Under the pieces are notes generated by a model that saw only the letters and a program-made list of their open reading frames with translations, did no database searches and was not told where the DNA came from. This document shows positions 51,441 to 64,000 of a DNA stretch of 64,000 nt, piece after piece; the stretch's first letter is position 1; each line of letters opens with the position of its first letter. Made by a program: the position numbers and the translations under genes. Origin of the DNA: Squalus acanthias (Eukaryota); assembly GCA_030390025.1 (NCBI GenBank), contig CM059432.1, forward strand, positions 94,490,001-94,554,000, read 5' to 3'.

Positions 51441-53295
51441 TAGACGCTCTCTTGTTCGAGATAGTCATTGCCTGGCACTTGGGTGGCGCGAATGTTACTT
51501 GCCACTTATCAGCCCAAGCCTGAATGTCGTCCAGGTCTTGCTGCATGTGGGCATAGACTGCTTCATTATCTGAGGAGTTGCGAATGGAACTGAATAGTGT
51601 GCAATCATCAGTGAACATCCACTATTCTGATATTATAATGGAGGGAAGGTCATTGATGAAGCAGCTGAAGATGGTTGGGCCTAGGACACTGCCGTGAGGA
51701 ACTCCTGCAGCGATGTCCTGGGGCTGAGGGGATTGGCCACCAACAACCACAACCTTCATCCGTTGGGTGATGGTATCCGTTGGCTAGTTTTGACTCCAGC
51801 CAGTGGAGAGTTTTCCCCTGATTCCCATTGACTTCAATTTTACTTGGGCTCCTTGATGCCACACTCGGTCAAATACTGCCTTGATGTCAAGGGCAGTCAC
51901 TCTCACCTCACCTCTGGAATTTAGCTCTTTTGTCCATATTTGGACCAAGGCTGTAATGAGGTCTGGAGCGGAGTGGTCCTGGCGGAACCCAAACTGAGCA
52001 TCGGTGAGCAGGTTATTGGTAAGTGTCGCTTGATAGCACTGTTGACGACACCTTCCATCACTTTGCTGATGATTGAGAGTAGACTGATAGAGCAGTAATT
52101 GGGCGGATTGGATTTGTCCTACTTTTTGTGGACAGGACATATCTGGGCAGTTTTCCAAATTGTCGGGTAGATGCCAGTGTTGTAGCTGTACTGGAACAGC
52201 TTGGCTAGAGGCGCAGCTAGTTCTGGACCACAAGTCTTCAGCGCAACAGCTGGGATATTTTCGGGGCCCATAGCCTTTGCTGTATCCAGTGCGCTCAGCC
52301 GTTTCTTGATATCAAGTGGAGTGAATTTAATTGGCTGAAGAATGGCTTCTGTGATGGTGGGGACCACTCGGCACTTCTGGCTGAAGATGGTTACAAACGC
52401 TTCACCCTTGTTTTTTGCACTCATCTGCTGGGCTCCGTCATCACTGAGGATGGGGATGTTCATGGATCCCCCTCCTCCCGTCAGTTGTTTAATGTCCCAC
52501 CACCATTCATGACTGGCTGTGGCAGGACTGCAGAGCTTTGATCTGATCCATTGGTTGTGGGATTGCTTAGATTTGTCTATAGCATGCTGCTTCCGTTGTT
52601 TAGCATGCATGTAGTCCTGAGTTGCAGCTTCCCTAGATTGGCACCTCATTTTTAGGTACATCTGGTGCTGCTCCTGGCATGCACTCTACACTCCTCGTCG
52701 AACCAGGGTTGGTCGCCTGGCTTGATGTTAATGGTAGAGTGAGGGATATGCTGGGCCATGAGGTTACAGATTGTGGTGGAATACAATTCTGCTGCTGCTG
52801 ATGGCCCACAGCACCTCATGGATGCCCAGTTTTGAGATGCTAGATCTGTTCTGAATCTATTCCATTTAGCACGGTGGTAGTGTCACACAACACGATGGAG
52901 GGTGTCCTCAGTGTGAAGACAGGACTTCGTCTCCACAAGGACTGTGCGGTGGTCACTGCTACCAATACGGTCATGGACAGATGCATCGGCGACAGGTAGA
53001 TTGGTGAGGACGAGGTCAAGTAGGTTTTTTCCTCATGTTGGTTCTCTCAGCACCTTCTGCAGGCCCAGACTGGCAGTTATGTCCTTCAAAAGTGCTTCTT
53101 CCAATTGGTGTTCAACATGGAGGAGTACTGATTCATCAGCTGAGTGAAGGCGTTATGTGGTAATCAGCAGGAGATTTCCTTGCCCATGTTTGACCTGATA
53201 CCATGAGACTTCATGGGGTCCGGAGTCAATGTTGCAGACTCCCAGGGCCACTCCCTCCTGACTGTATACCACTGTGCCGTCACCCCTGGTGTGTC

Positions 53296-53830
53296 AACAT
53301 GGGGCAACACGGTGGCATAGTGGTTAGCACTGGTGCCTCACAGCGCCAGGGACCCGGGTTCGAATCTGACCTCGGGTGACTGTCTGTGTGGAGTTTGCAA
53401 TGGGGCAACACGGTGGCATAGTGGTTAGCACTGGTGCCTCACAGCGCCAGGGACCCAGGTTCGAATCTGACCTCGGGTAACTGTCTGTGTGGAGTTTGCA
53501 CATTCTCCCCGTGTCTGCGTGGGTTTCCTCCGGGTGCTCCGGTTTCCTCCCACAGTCCAAAAATGTGCGGGTTAGGTTGATTTGGCTATGATAAATTGAC
53601 CCTTAGTGTTAGGGGCGGATTAAATATGTGGGGTTATGGGGATAGGATGGGATATGTTAGGGGGAATTAAATACGTGGGGTTACGGGGGTAGGGTGGGAT
53701 ATGTGTACTGTGGGGATTAAAGCAGGGACAGGGTACTGGATTTGGATGATCAGCCATGATCGTATTGAATGGTGGAGCAGGCTCGACGGGCCTGAATGGC
53801 CTACTCCTGCTCCTAGATTCTATGTTTCTA
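53296..53830 (+). mobile_element. HE1-like V-SINE with duplicated head
   Basis: tRNA head, V-domain (GTGGAGTTTGCACATTCTCCCCGTGTCTGCGTGGGTTTCCTCCGGGTGCTCCGGTTTCCTCCCAC), CR1-derived tail and TSD TGTGTC. Confidence 0.9.
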
Positions 53831-55836
53831 TGTGTCTGTCCTGCCGGTGAGACAGGACATATCCAGGAATCGTGATGGAGAAGTCTGGGACATGGGCTGA
53901 AAGGGGCAGATCAGGGAGGTGGAGGGGGGTCGGTGATTACAGGGGTGTGGGGGGAAGGTGGGGGGAAGGTGGGGGGGCGGACTATTGCGGGAAGGGAAGT
54001 AGGTAAACTTGTTGGGCCTGGAGAAAACACTCCTGCTCGTCCTGACCCACAAGCAGTACTGCAAATGCACTTACCTTATGGATCCGGCCCTTCTCGTCTC
54101 CTTTTACCTGCCTGGTTTCCCCAAGTCAAAATGGGTAAAAAATAAAATGCCTGTTAACATGGAGGCATGCAGCCCCCTTAAAAGATGTTGACGCCCGACC
54201 CGTCTCCTGAGAGCGGATTGGTCGCCTGCCCCCTGACCTGCCTCCGTTCAAACAGGAAGTCAGGTTGGGGTTCAGTTTGAGTTAAAAAATGTTTACTTCT
54301 CACCCATGCCCAATGACCACCTCCCCCACCCCCCCACCCCCATTCTTGAGGGGTTAAAACTTCCCCCTTTTTCATAAACATGGCCTTTGAACTTGTCAGG
54401 TGTGACACATATCAAGTACAATACCTTAGTGTGACAGACACAGGCTAAATGCACAATGAATGGAAGACTTTTATACATTTATATATAAATTTATATAAAG
54501 GTGTTTCTTATTATAACAAAAGGACAACTGGAGAATTCCCACCTGCTACTTTTAGGTCAGTAACTTTGGCAATAAAATTCCAAAAAAATGGTAGTGAAAC
54601 AACAAGGTGACAACTCAAAGTTCACTGGCACAAAGGCAGATAAAAGATTATTCTGAATATAGATACGGTTTGATGAAATTAAATAGCTGACGGTTTGGTT
54701 AAATTTCAGGAGAAGATTAAGTTATGAAACTGAGCAGATAGTCTCCAATAATCCACCGACAGGCAAGCTCACAGCATGCCTGCTGCGCTTTTGAAAAGAG
54801 TATTCAGAGAATATCACCTAATTACTGGTGAAAATTTGATCAACAATTTAAAAAATTACGACAAACCGAGATAGAACACCACCATAATAAAACTTCTGTG
54901 CTTTTTGCGACATGAAGGATTGAAAGAAACACTAAGGCGGTGAAGTAATAAAATGAAAATTAAGGAGGCTTAGAATTAAAGATCAGCACAGTGGAACAGT
55001 TTCGAGGAACACCAATAGACTGAAACATGGAGGGGTCCCATACAAGTTCCATCTCTCACTTCACAATCCATTCACAACATTATATGGAAGAAAGATCAGT
55101 GGAAGAATTGTCCCCAGGTTACTCCTGCATATCTCTTCCCTGTTGCTTTAAAGAGTGATATCTGCTCACAAGTACAGCTGCAATTTGAATAAAGGAGATT
55201 GAGAAAAACTGGGAAAAATAGAGACTTATCGGGGTTGAAAAAGAATGAAATCAGAGGAGTTGTGTTATCTAGGAACAAGTACGCTGACGCATAAATGCTT
55301 ACTCCTGTGTTGTGCTGAAGTATTTTTTGAAGAAATTCAGTTCATTTTATCTACATAGCCCCTGCTGCTCAGCTTCTCTATTTGTCCGTGACCCTGGTGC
55401 ACTGTTAATCTATGCATTTGAGTTCCTTGGTGCTCCAGTTTGTCTATTCTGTGGAGTTTATGCTGCTCTATGGAGGTTTATTTTGCTCATCTACTAGCTG
55501 TGATGGAATTCAACTTTGGAAAAAGGAGAAGGAGGGAGAAGAGATTCCAAACTGAATTGACTGAAACATTTTATCTCTCACTTATATTACTAAATTTCAA
55601 CCTAGTTTTGAGAATAGTTAGCAAACCAATGATGTTAATAGCCAAGGCTTCTGACTGAGCTAAACGCCATCAACAAAAATGAATTTTTGTAAGGATTACA
55701 TTGCTTAGAGAATGGGATGAGCCTGAAAACTCCAGCGAAGGCTAACGGTGTCAAAAGAATGAATGACCTTAGAAATACAGCAAAAGTGTGTGAATGTTCC
55801 AATACAGTATGTTAGAAGCTGCAACAAAAACAGTAC

Positions 55837-55947
55837 CTTTATCCTTTGATCGTCAATATCTACAGTTGTGGCAACACGAATCAACATTGGGTTACGTTTG
55901 TCCACAGCTTCAAGTTTCATATTCACCTGGAACCCATGCGGTGGCCT
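55837..55947 (-). CDS. L3MBTL1: L3MBTL-family coding exon, first half of third MBT repeat (RPPHGFQVNMKLEAVDKRNPMLIRVATTVDIDDQRIK)
   Basis: 111 bp, phase 0/0. Acceptor TTCCACAG, donor AAG|GTACTG. MBT signature F..NMKLEAVD.RNP.LIRVAT. Paralogue assignment (1 vs 3/4) is tentative. Confidence 0.9.
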
Positions 55948-56094
55948 CTGTGGAATGTAAAATTCAAGAGAAATGACAACTTACCCTCAGGAACGTATTG
56001 ACCAAACTTAGTGGCCAGAATGTTCTGCCTGCCACTAGAAAATGTTGTGAACATTTTTAAGGTACTTTTAGCAAAACATGCTCACTAATTGTAG

Positions 56095-58260
56095 TCCACT
56101 CAGTGGGATGAGAACAGATCTGGCCCAGGTAAACTGGAATCAAAGATTGGCAGGCAAAACTGTAGTGGAACGATGGGCCGCCTTTAACGAGGAAATAGTT
56201 CGGGTCCAGTCGAGGTACATTCCCACTAGGGGGAAAGGCAGGGCAACTAAAGTCAGGGCTCCCTGGATAAAGAAACAGATAGCCAATATGATGAAGCAGA
56301 AAAAGAGCGCATATGACAGATGTCAGGTTGCAAATACAGCTGAGAATCAGGCTATATATGGAAAGGTCAGAGAAGTGAAAAAGAAAATAAGAGGGGCAAA
56401 GAGAGGGTATGAGAATAGAATGGCAGCCAACATAAAAGGTAATCCAAAAGTCTTCTATAGGCATATAAATAGTAAAAGAGTAGTAAGAGGAGGGGTGGGG
56501 CCAATTAGGGACCAAAAAGGAGACCTACGCATGGCGGCAGAGGGTGTGGCTGAGGTACTAAATGAGTATTTTGCATCTGTCTTTACCAAGGAAGAGGATG
56601 CTGCCATAGACATAGTGAAAGAGGAGGTAGTGGAGACACTTGATAGATTAAAAATTGATAGAGGTATTAGAAAGGCTGGCTGTACTTAAAGTAGATAAGT
56701 CACCAGGAATGGATGGGATGCATCCTAGGATGCTTAGGGAATTGAGGGCGGAAATCGTGGAGGTCCTGGCCATAATATTCCAATCCTCCATAGATACGGG
56801 AGTGGTGCCAGAGGACTGGAGAATTGCAAATGTTACACCATTGTTCAAAAAAGGGTGTAAAGATAAACCCAGCAACTACAGGCCAGTCAGTTTAACCTTG
56901 GTAGTGAGGAAGCTTTTAGAAACAGTAATCAGGGATAAAATTAACAGTCAATTGGATAGGTGTGGGTTAATTAAGGAAAGCCAGCACGGATTTGTTAAAG
57001 GCAAATCGTGTTTAACCAACTTTATCGAGTTTTTTGATGAGGTAACAGAGAGGGTTGATGAGGGTAATGCAGTTGACGTAGTGTACATGGATTTTCAAAA
57101 GGCGTTCGACAAAGTGCCACATAATAGGCTTGCCAGCAAAGTTGAAGCCTATGGAATAAAAGGGACAGTGGCAGAATGGAAACAGAATTGGCCAAGTGAC
57201 AGGAAACAGAGTAGTGGTGAAAGGTTGTTTTTCTGACTGGAGGAAGGTATACAGTGGTGTTCCCCAGGGGTCGGTTCTAGCAACACTGCTTTTCCTGATA
57301 TATATTAATGAGTTGGATGTACAGGGCACAATTTCAAAATTTGCAGATGACACAAAACTTGGAAGTATAGTGAACAGTGAGGAGGAGAGTGATAAACTTC
57401 AGGAAGACATAAACAGGCTGGTGAAATGGGCGGACACGTGGCAGATGAAATTCAACGCAGAAAAGTGTGAAGTGATACCATTTGGTAGAAAGAATGAGGA
57501 GAGGACATATAAACTAAATGGTACAATCCTAAAGGGGGTGCACGAACAGAGAGACCTGGGGGTATGTGTACACAAATTGTTGAAAGTGGCAGGGCAGGTT
57601 GAGAAAGCAGTTAAAAAGGCTTATGAGATTCTGGGCTTCATAAATAGAGGTATAGAGTACAAAAGTGTGGAAATTATGATGAACCTGTATAAAACACTAG
57701 TTCGGCCCCAACTAGAGTACTGTGTCCAATTCTGGGCACCACACTTTAGGAAGGATGTGAAGGCCTTAGAGAAGGTGCAGAAAAGACTTACGAGAATAAT
57801 TCCAGGAATGAGGGACTTCAGTTGTGTGGATAGACTGGAGAGGCTGGGGTTGTTCTCCTTGGAGCAGAGAAGATTGAGAGCAGATTTGATAGAGGTGTTC
57901 AAAATCATGAGGGGTCTGGACAGAGTAGATAGAGAGAAACTGTTCCCATTGGCAGAAGGGTGGAGAACCAGAGGACACAGATTTAAGGTGATTGGCAAAA
58001 GAACCAAAGGCGACGTAAGAAAAAACCTTTTTACGCAGCGAGTGGTTAAGATCTGGAATGCACTGCCTGAAAGGGTGGTGGAGGCAGATTCAATCTTATC
58101 TTTCAAAAGGGAGTTGAATAAGTATCTGAAGGAAAAATATTTGCAGGGCTACGGGGAAAGGGCAGGGGAGTGGGACTAGCTGAGAGTCGGCACGGGCTCG
58201 ACGGGCCGAATGGCTTTCTTCCGTGCTGCAACCATTATATGATTCTACCATTCTATGATA
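56095..58260 (+). mobile_element. CR1 ORF2 3' portion (same subfamily as 22591)
   Basis: RT ORFs 56655-57236 and 57196-58179, with ATTCTA tail repeats. Confidence 0.95.
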
Positions 58261-58314
58261 ATTGTAGCCCTATATTGTGTTACTCCATGAGGCATGTAAT
58301 TGTTGTGGGTAATA

Positions 58315-59828
58315 CACATATGTTGAATAATTACTTTGCGTCAGTATTTACAGTAGAGGAAGAGGAAAGCATGCCGGAAATCCCAAGGAAATCAATACTG
58401 AATCAGTTACGGAGACTCAATAAAATTAACGTAAGTAAAATAACAGTAATGAAGTAAATAATGGAACTAAAGAGTGACAAATCCCCAGGACCAGATGTTT
58501 TCCATTCCAGGGTTTTAAAGGGAGTAGGTGAGCACATTGCAGATGCCCTAACTATAATCTTCCAAAGTTCTCTAGATTCAGGAACCGTTCCTTTAGATTG
58601 GAAAGTTGCGCATGTCACTCCACTATTTAAGAATGGCGAGAGAGGGAAATCAGGGAATTATAGACCGGTTAGCCTAACATCGGTTGTCGGGAAATTACTA
58701 GAGTCTATATTTAAGGATAGGGTGACTGAACATCTCAAATATTCAGTTGATCAGAGAGAGCCAGCATATATTTGTGAAAGGCAGGTCATGCATGACAAAC
58801 CTGATTGAATTTTTTGAGGAGGTGACTAAAGAGGAATGTCTATGGATGTTATTTATATGGACTTCCAGAAGGCATTTGATAAAGTCTCACATAAGAGACT
58901 GTTAACTAAGGTAGAAGCCCAGGAAATTGAAGGCAAATTACTGACCTGGTTAGGAAATTGGATGAGCGGTAGGAGACTGAGAGTAAGGATAATGGGTAGC
59001 TACTCTAATTGGCAGAATGTGACTAGTGGTGTCCCACAGGGATCTGTGTTGGGGCCTCAACTATTCAAAGTATTTATTAACAACTTAGATGATGGCATAG
59101 AAAGCCATATATCCAAATTTGCCGATGACACAAAGATAGGTGGCATTGCAGGCAGTGTAGATGAAAGCATAAAATTACAAAGGGATATTGATAGATTAAG
59201 TGAATGGGCAAAACTGTGGCAAATGGATTTCACTGTAGGCAAATGTGAGGTCATCCACTTTGGACCTAAAAAAGATAGAACAGGGTACTTTCTAAATAGT
59301 GAAAATCTAAAAACAGTGGAGGTCCAAAGAGACTTAGGGGTCCAGGTAAAAAGATCAGTAAAATGTCATGAACAGGTACAGAAAACAATCAAAAAGGTTA
59401 ATGGAACACCAGCCTTTATATCTAGAGGACTAGAATACAAGGGGGTAGAAGTTATGCTGCAGCTATACAAACCCCTGGTTAGACCACACCTGGAGTACTG
59501 TGAGCAGTTCTGGGCACCACACCTTAGGAAGGATATACTGGCCTTGGAGGGAGTGCAGCACAGGTTTACCAGAATGATAACCGGACTTCAAGGGTTAAAT
59601 TACGACGAGAAATCACACATATTAGGGTTGTATTCCACAGAATTTAGAAGGTTAAGGGGTGATCTGATTGAAGTTTTCAAGACATTAAGGGGAACAGATA
59701 GCGTAGATAGAGAGAAAATATTTCCACTGATAGGGGATTCTAGGACTAGGGGGCATAGTCCAAAGACTAGAGCCAGACCTTGCAGGAGTGAAATTAAGAA
59801 ACACTTCAACACACAAAGGATGGTAAAA
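58315..59828 (+). mobile_element. CR1 RT fragment, another subfamily, cut at its 3' end by LINE-B
   Basis: ORFs 58461-58808 and 58836 onwards carry RT motifs. Confidence 0.9.
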
Positions 59829-59829
59829 G

Positions 59830-60551
59830 TTTTCTTTATTCATTCCTGGGATGGGGACGTCGCTGGCAAGACCAGCTTTTATTACCCACCCTTATTTGCC
59901 CTTGAGAAGGTGGTGGTGAGCCACCTTCTTGAACCGCTGCAGTCTTGTGGTGAAGGTACTCCCACAGTGCTGTTAGGAAGGGAGTTCCAGAATTTTGACC
60001 CAGCAACGATGAAAGATCGGCGATATATTTCCAAGTCAGGATGGTGTGTGACTTGGAGGGGAACTTGGAGGTGATGGTGTTCCCATGCGTCTGCTGCCTT
60101 TGTCCATCTAGGTGGTAGAGGTCAGGGGTTTGGGAGGTGCTGTCAAAGAAGCCTTGGCGAGTTGCTACAGTGCATCTTGTAGATGGTACACACTGCAGCC
60201 ACGGTGCACCGGTGGTGGAGGGAGTGAATGTTTAAGGTGGTGGATGGGGTGCCAATCAAGCAGTCTGCTTTGTCCTGGATGGTGTCAAGCTTCTTGAGTG
60301 TTGTTGGAGCTGCACTCATCCAGGCAAGTGGGGAGTATTCCATCACACTCCTGACTTGTGCCTTGTAGATGGTGGAAAGGCTTTGTGGAGTCAGGAGGCG
60401 AGACACTCGCCGCAGAATATCCAGCCTCTGACCTGCTCTTGTAGCCACAGTATTTATGTGGCTGGTCCAGTTTAGTTTCTGGTCAATGGTGATCCCTCAG
60501 GATGTTGATGTTGAGAGATCCGGTGATGGTAATGCCGTTGAATGTCAAGGG
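59830..60551 (-). mobile_element. LINE-B 3' end
   Basis: Near-identical to 45381-46093. Confidence 0.9.
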
Positions 60552-63500
60552 TGCTGTGAGTTGGGTGAGTCAGAGTGCTGTGAGGTGTGGAAGGAGGATC
60601 TCCCTTGCTTCGCCTTTGTTTTTCCTAACTTTTCACCCTGTAGGAAGAGGCCGGTGTCGGGAGCAGCAGGAGAGTACAGTGAGTATTTAAACTCACTTTC
60701 GCGGATTTTTTCAGAGGCTTACTAATCTCACAGACCAGCAGTGGTGTTCCAGAGTCACGTCACAATTCAAAGTGACGCGGCCAAGAGGAAGCAGCTGATT
60801 GGGTGAGTACGGCCAGGTGAGTATTTATTCTAATCTATAGTTTGACAGTTAAGGTTAATAGTTTATAAAGTTTAGAAGGTCTTAATTTTTGTGGTTATAA
60901 TTTCTAAGGTCTCTGTTGTGTAGCGGGGAGTGCTAGTAAACAAGGGCCCTTGAGTATATCATTTAATTGTAGTGTAATTAGTGGTATTGGTTTGATTTAA
61001 TTTAATTTGAATTAATTAAAGGGTAAGTCTTGGCAGCACAGCTCGGCCCCGTGGCATGCTCCTCCTGCACTATGTGGGAAATCAGGGACGCTTCCTGTGT
61101 CCATGACGACCATGTGTGCGGGAAGTGTATCCAGCTGCAGCTGCTGGCAGACCGCATTGCGGCGCTGGAGCTGCGAATGGATACATACTGGAGCATTCGC
61201 GTTGCTGAGGACATCGTGGATAGCACGTTTAGGGAGTTGGTCACACCGCAGGTAAAGGATGCACAGGCAGGAAGGGAATGGGTGACCGCCAGGCAGAGTA
61301 GCAGGCGCAGGCAGGAGTCCTCTGTGGCCATTCCCCTCTCAAACAGATATACCACTTTGGATATTGTTGAGGGAGATGGCTTATCGGGGGAAGGCAGCAG
61401 CAGCCAACTTCCTGGCACCATGGGTGGTTCTGCTGCACAGGACGGGAGGAAAAAGAGCAGGAGAGCTATAGTGATAGGGGATACTATTGTAAGGGGAATA
61501 GATAGGCATTTCTGCGGCCACAAACGAGACTCCAGGATGGGATGTTGCCTCCCTGGTGCAAGGGTCAAGGATGTCTCTGAGCGGCTGCAGGGCATTCTGA
61601 AGGGGGAGGGTGAACAGCCAGTTGTAGTGGTGCATGTAGGTACCAACGATATAGGTAAAAACCGGGATGAGGTCCTAAAAGCTGAATATAGGGAGTTAGC
61701 AGGTAAATTAAAAAATAGGACCTAAAAGGTAGTAACCTCAGGATTGCTACCAGTGCCACGTGCTAGTCAGAGTAGAAATAGAAGGATATTTCAGCTGAAT
61801 ACGTGGCTAGAGGAATGGTACAAGGGGGAGGGATTCAAATTCCTGGGACATTGGAACCGGTTCTGGGGGAGGTGGGACGAGTACAAACTGGACGGTTTGC
61901 ACCTGGGCAGGACCGGGACTGATGTCCCAGGGGGAGTGTTTGCTAGTGCTGTTGGGGAGGGTTTAAACTAAAATGGCAGGGGGTTGGAACCTGTGCAGGG
62001 AGACAGAGGAAAGGGAAGCAAGGATAGAAGCAAAAGACAGGAAGGAGATAAGCAAAAGTGGCAGTCAGAGAAATCAAGGGTGTAAATCAAACATGGCCAC
62101 AGTAAATAATAATTCTAAAAGGTCTAAGAGTGTTAAAAAAACAAGCCTGAGGCTTTGTGTCTTAATGCGAGGAGCATTCGTAATAAGGTGGATGATTTAG
62201 CTGCACAAATAGATGTAAACGGATATGATATCATTGGGATTACGGAGACATGGCTCCAGGGTGACCAAGGCTGGGAATTCAACATTCAGGAAAGACAGGC
62301 AAAAAGGAAAAGGAGGTGGGGTAGCATTGCTGGTTAAAGAGGAGATTAACACAATAGTAAGGAAGGATATTAGCTCTGATGATTTGGAACCTGTATGGGT
62401 AGAGCTGAGAAATACCAAGGGGCAGAAAACGTTAGTGGGAGTTGTAAACAGACCCCCAAACAGTAATGCTGAGGTTGGGGATGGCATTAAACGGGAAATT
62501 AGAGACACGTGCAATAAGGGAACAGCAGTTATCATGGGTGACTTTAATCTACATATAGATTGGGCTAACCAAATTAGTAACAATACTGTGGAGGAGGAAT
62601 TCCTAGAGTGTATACGAGATGGTTTCCTGGACCAATATGTCGAGAAAACAGCTAGAGATCAGGCCATCTTAGACTGGGTATTATGTAATGAGAAAGGATT
62701 AATTAGCAATCTTGTTGTGCGAGGCCCCTTGGGGAGGAGCGATCATAATATGATAGAATTCTTCATTAAGATGGAGAGTGAAGTAGTTGACTCAGAGACT
62801 AGGGTCCTGAATTTAAATAAAGGAAACTACGATGGTATGAGGCGCAAGTTGGCTAGGATGGATTGGGGAACTTTACTTAAAGGGTTGACGGTGGATAGGC
62901 AATGGCAAACATTTAAAGATCGCATGGATGAACGACAGAATTTGTTCATCCCTGTCTGGCATAAAAATAAAACAAAAAAGGTGGCGCAACCGTGGCTAAC
63001 AAGGGAAATTAGGGATAGCATAAGATCCAAGGAGAGGACATATAAATTGGCCAGAAAAAGCAGCAAACCTGAGGATTGGGAGCAGTTTAGGATTCAGCAA
63101 AGGAGGTCAAAGGGATTAATTAAGAGGGGGAAAATAGAGTATGAGAGTAAGCTTTCAGGGAACATAAAAACTGACTGTAAAAGCTTCTAGAGATATGTGA
63201 AGAGAAAAAGATTGGTGAAGTCAAGCGTAGGTCCCTTGCAGTCAGAATCAGGGGAATTTATAATGGGGAACAAAGAAATGGCTGACCAATTAAATACATA
63301 CTTTGGTTCTGTCTTCACAAAGGAGGACACAAATAACCTCCCAGAGATGTCGGGGAACATAGGGTCTAATGAGAGGGAGGAATTGAATGAAATCAGTATT
63401 TGTAGGGAAATGGTGTTAGGGAAATTGACGGGATTGAAGGCCGATAAATCCCCATGGCCTGATAATCTACAGCCTAGGGTACTTAAGGAAGTGGCCCTAG

Positions 63501-64000
63501 AAATAGTAGATGCATTGCTGGTCATCTTCCAAAATTCTATAGACTCTGGCACAGTTCCCATGGATTGGAGGGTAGCTAATGTAACCCCACTATTTAAAAA
63601 AGGTGGTAGAGAGAAAACGGGGAATTATAGACCGGTAAGCCTGACATCGGTGGTGGGGAAAATGCTAGAGTCCATTATAAAAGATGTAATAGCAGAGCAC
63701 TTGGAAAACAGTGACAGGATCGGACAAAGTCAACATGGATTTACAAAAGGTAAATCGTGCTTGACTAATCTACTGGAATTTTTTGAGGATGTAACTGGTA
63801 GAATAGATAAGGGAGAACCAGTGGATGTGGTGTATTTGGACTTTCAGAAGGCTTTCGATAAGGTCCCGCATAAGAGATTAGCGTGCAAAGTTAAAGCACA
63901 TGGGATTGGGGGTAAGGTGCTGACTTGGATAGAGAACTGGTTGGCAGACAGGAAGCAAAGAGTTGGAATAAACGGGTCTTTTTCCGAGTGGCAGGCAGTG
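60552..64000 (+). mobile_element. CR1 5'UTR, esterase ORF1 and ORF2 (runs off the window); disabled
   Basis: ORF 61030-61725 has the zinc finger and HVGTND; ORF 62225-63190 is the APE endonuclease. Sister of 46094-51440. Confidence 0.95.

Larger units (their letters stand above)
45381..53893 (-). mobile_element. LINE-B (endonuclease to 3' tail) interrupted by CR1 46094-51440 and HE1 SINE 53296-53830
   Basis: Segments 45381-46093, 51441-53295 and 53837-53893 are colinear with the LINE-B sequence seen at 26010-27679 and 30345-30563. Confidence 0.9.
45002..54366. mobile_element. Family-D-like MITE split by ~8.5 kb of nested retroelements (halves ~45002-45370 and ~53894-54366)
   Basis: Left end matches the reverse complement of the 5925 end. 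The right half carries the family's CTCCTGCTC.TCCTG.CCCA motif. Candidate TSD CTT. Confidence 0.6.

Noticed and set aside
53299..53375. Genuine tRNA genes at SINE heads (also 4515 and 39825)
   Set aside because: Each continues directly into a SINE body and LINE-derived tail.
58836..60074. 412-aa ORF as a novel fusion protein
   Set aside because: Chance read-through from CR1 RT into an antisense LINE-B tail.

Overview
Vertebrate, almost certainly cartilaginous-fish (shark-type), intronic DNA. Three short minus-strand coding exons (55947-55837, 29986-29872, 25668-25566) splice in frame into the third MBT repeat plus the first half of a CCHHC zinc finger of an L3MBTL-family Polycomb gene. L3MBTL1 fits best; L3MBTL3/4 are not excluded. 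Most of the rest is transposon-derived: several CR1 subfamilies (two near full length with an esterase ORF1), a second CR1/L2-group family called 'LINE-B' here, L2 tails, Deu-domain SINEs, an HE1 V-SINE and one or two solo LTRs. There is also a PIF/Harbinger system: a decayed ~8.2 kb two-gene element (Myb/SANT gene and convergent transposase) and at least nine MITEs, most with 3-bp TSDs. The most interesting points are a shared palindromic Harbinger target site, including two different MITEs at the same base of a CR1 RT; a Penelope-type hammerhead ribozyme inside a 39-bp inverted repeat; a LINE-B+CR1 composite present twice with shared disablements; a MITE family with conserved splice-donor clusters; and four-level nesting. 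Boundaries without a stated TSD are approximate. Family names come from recognition, not database searches.
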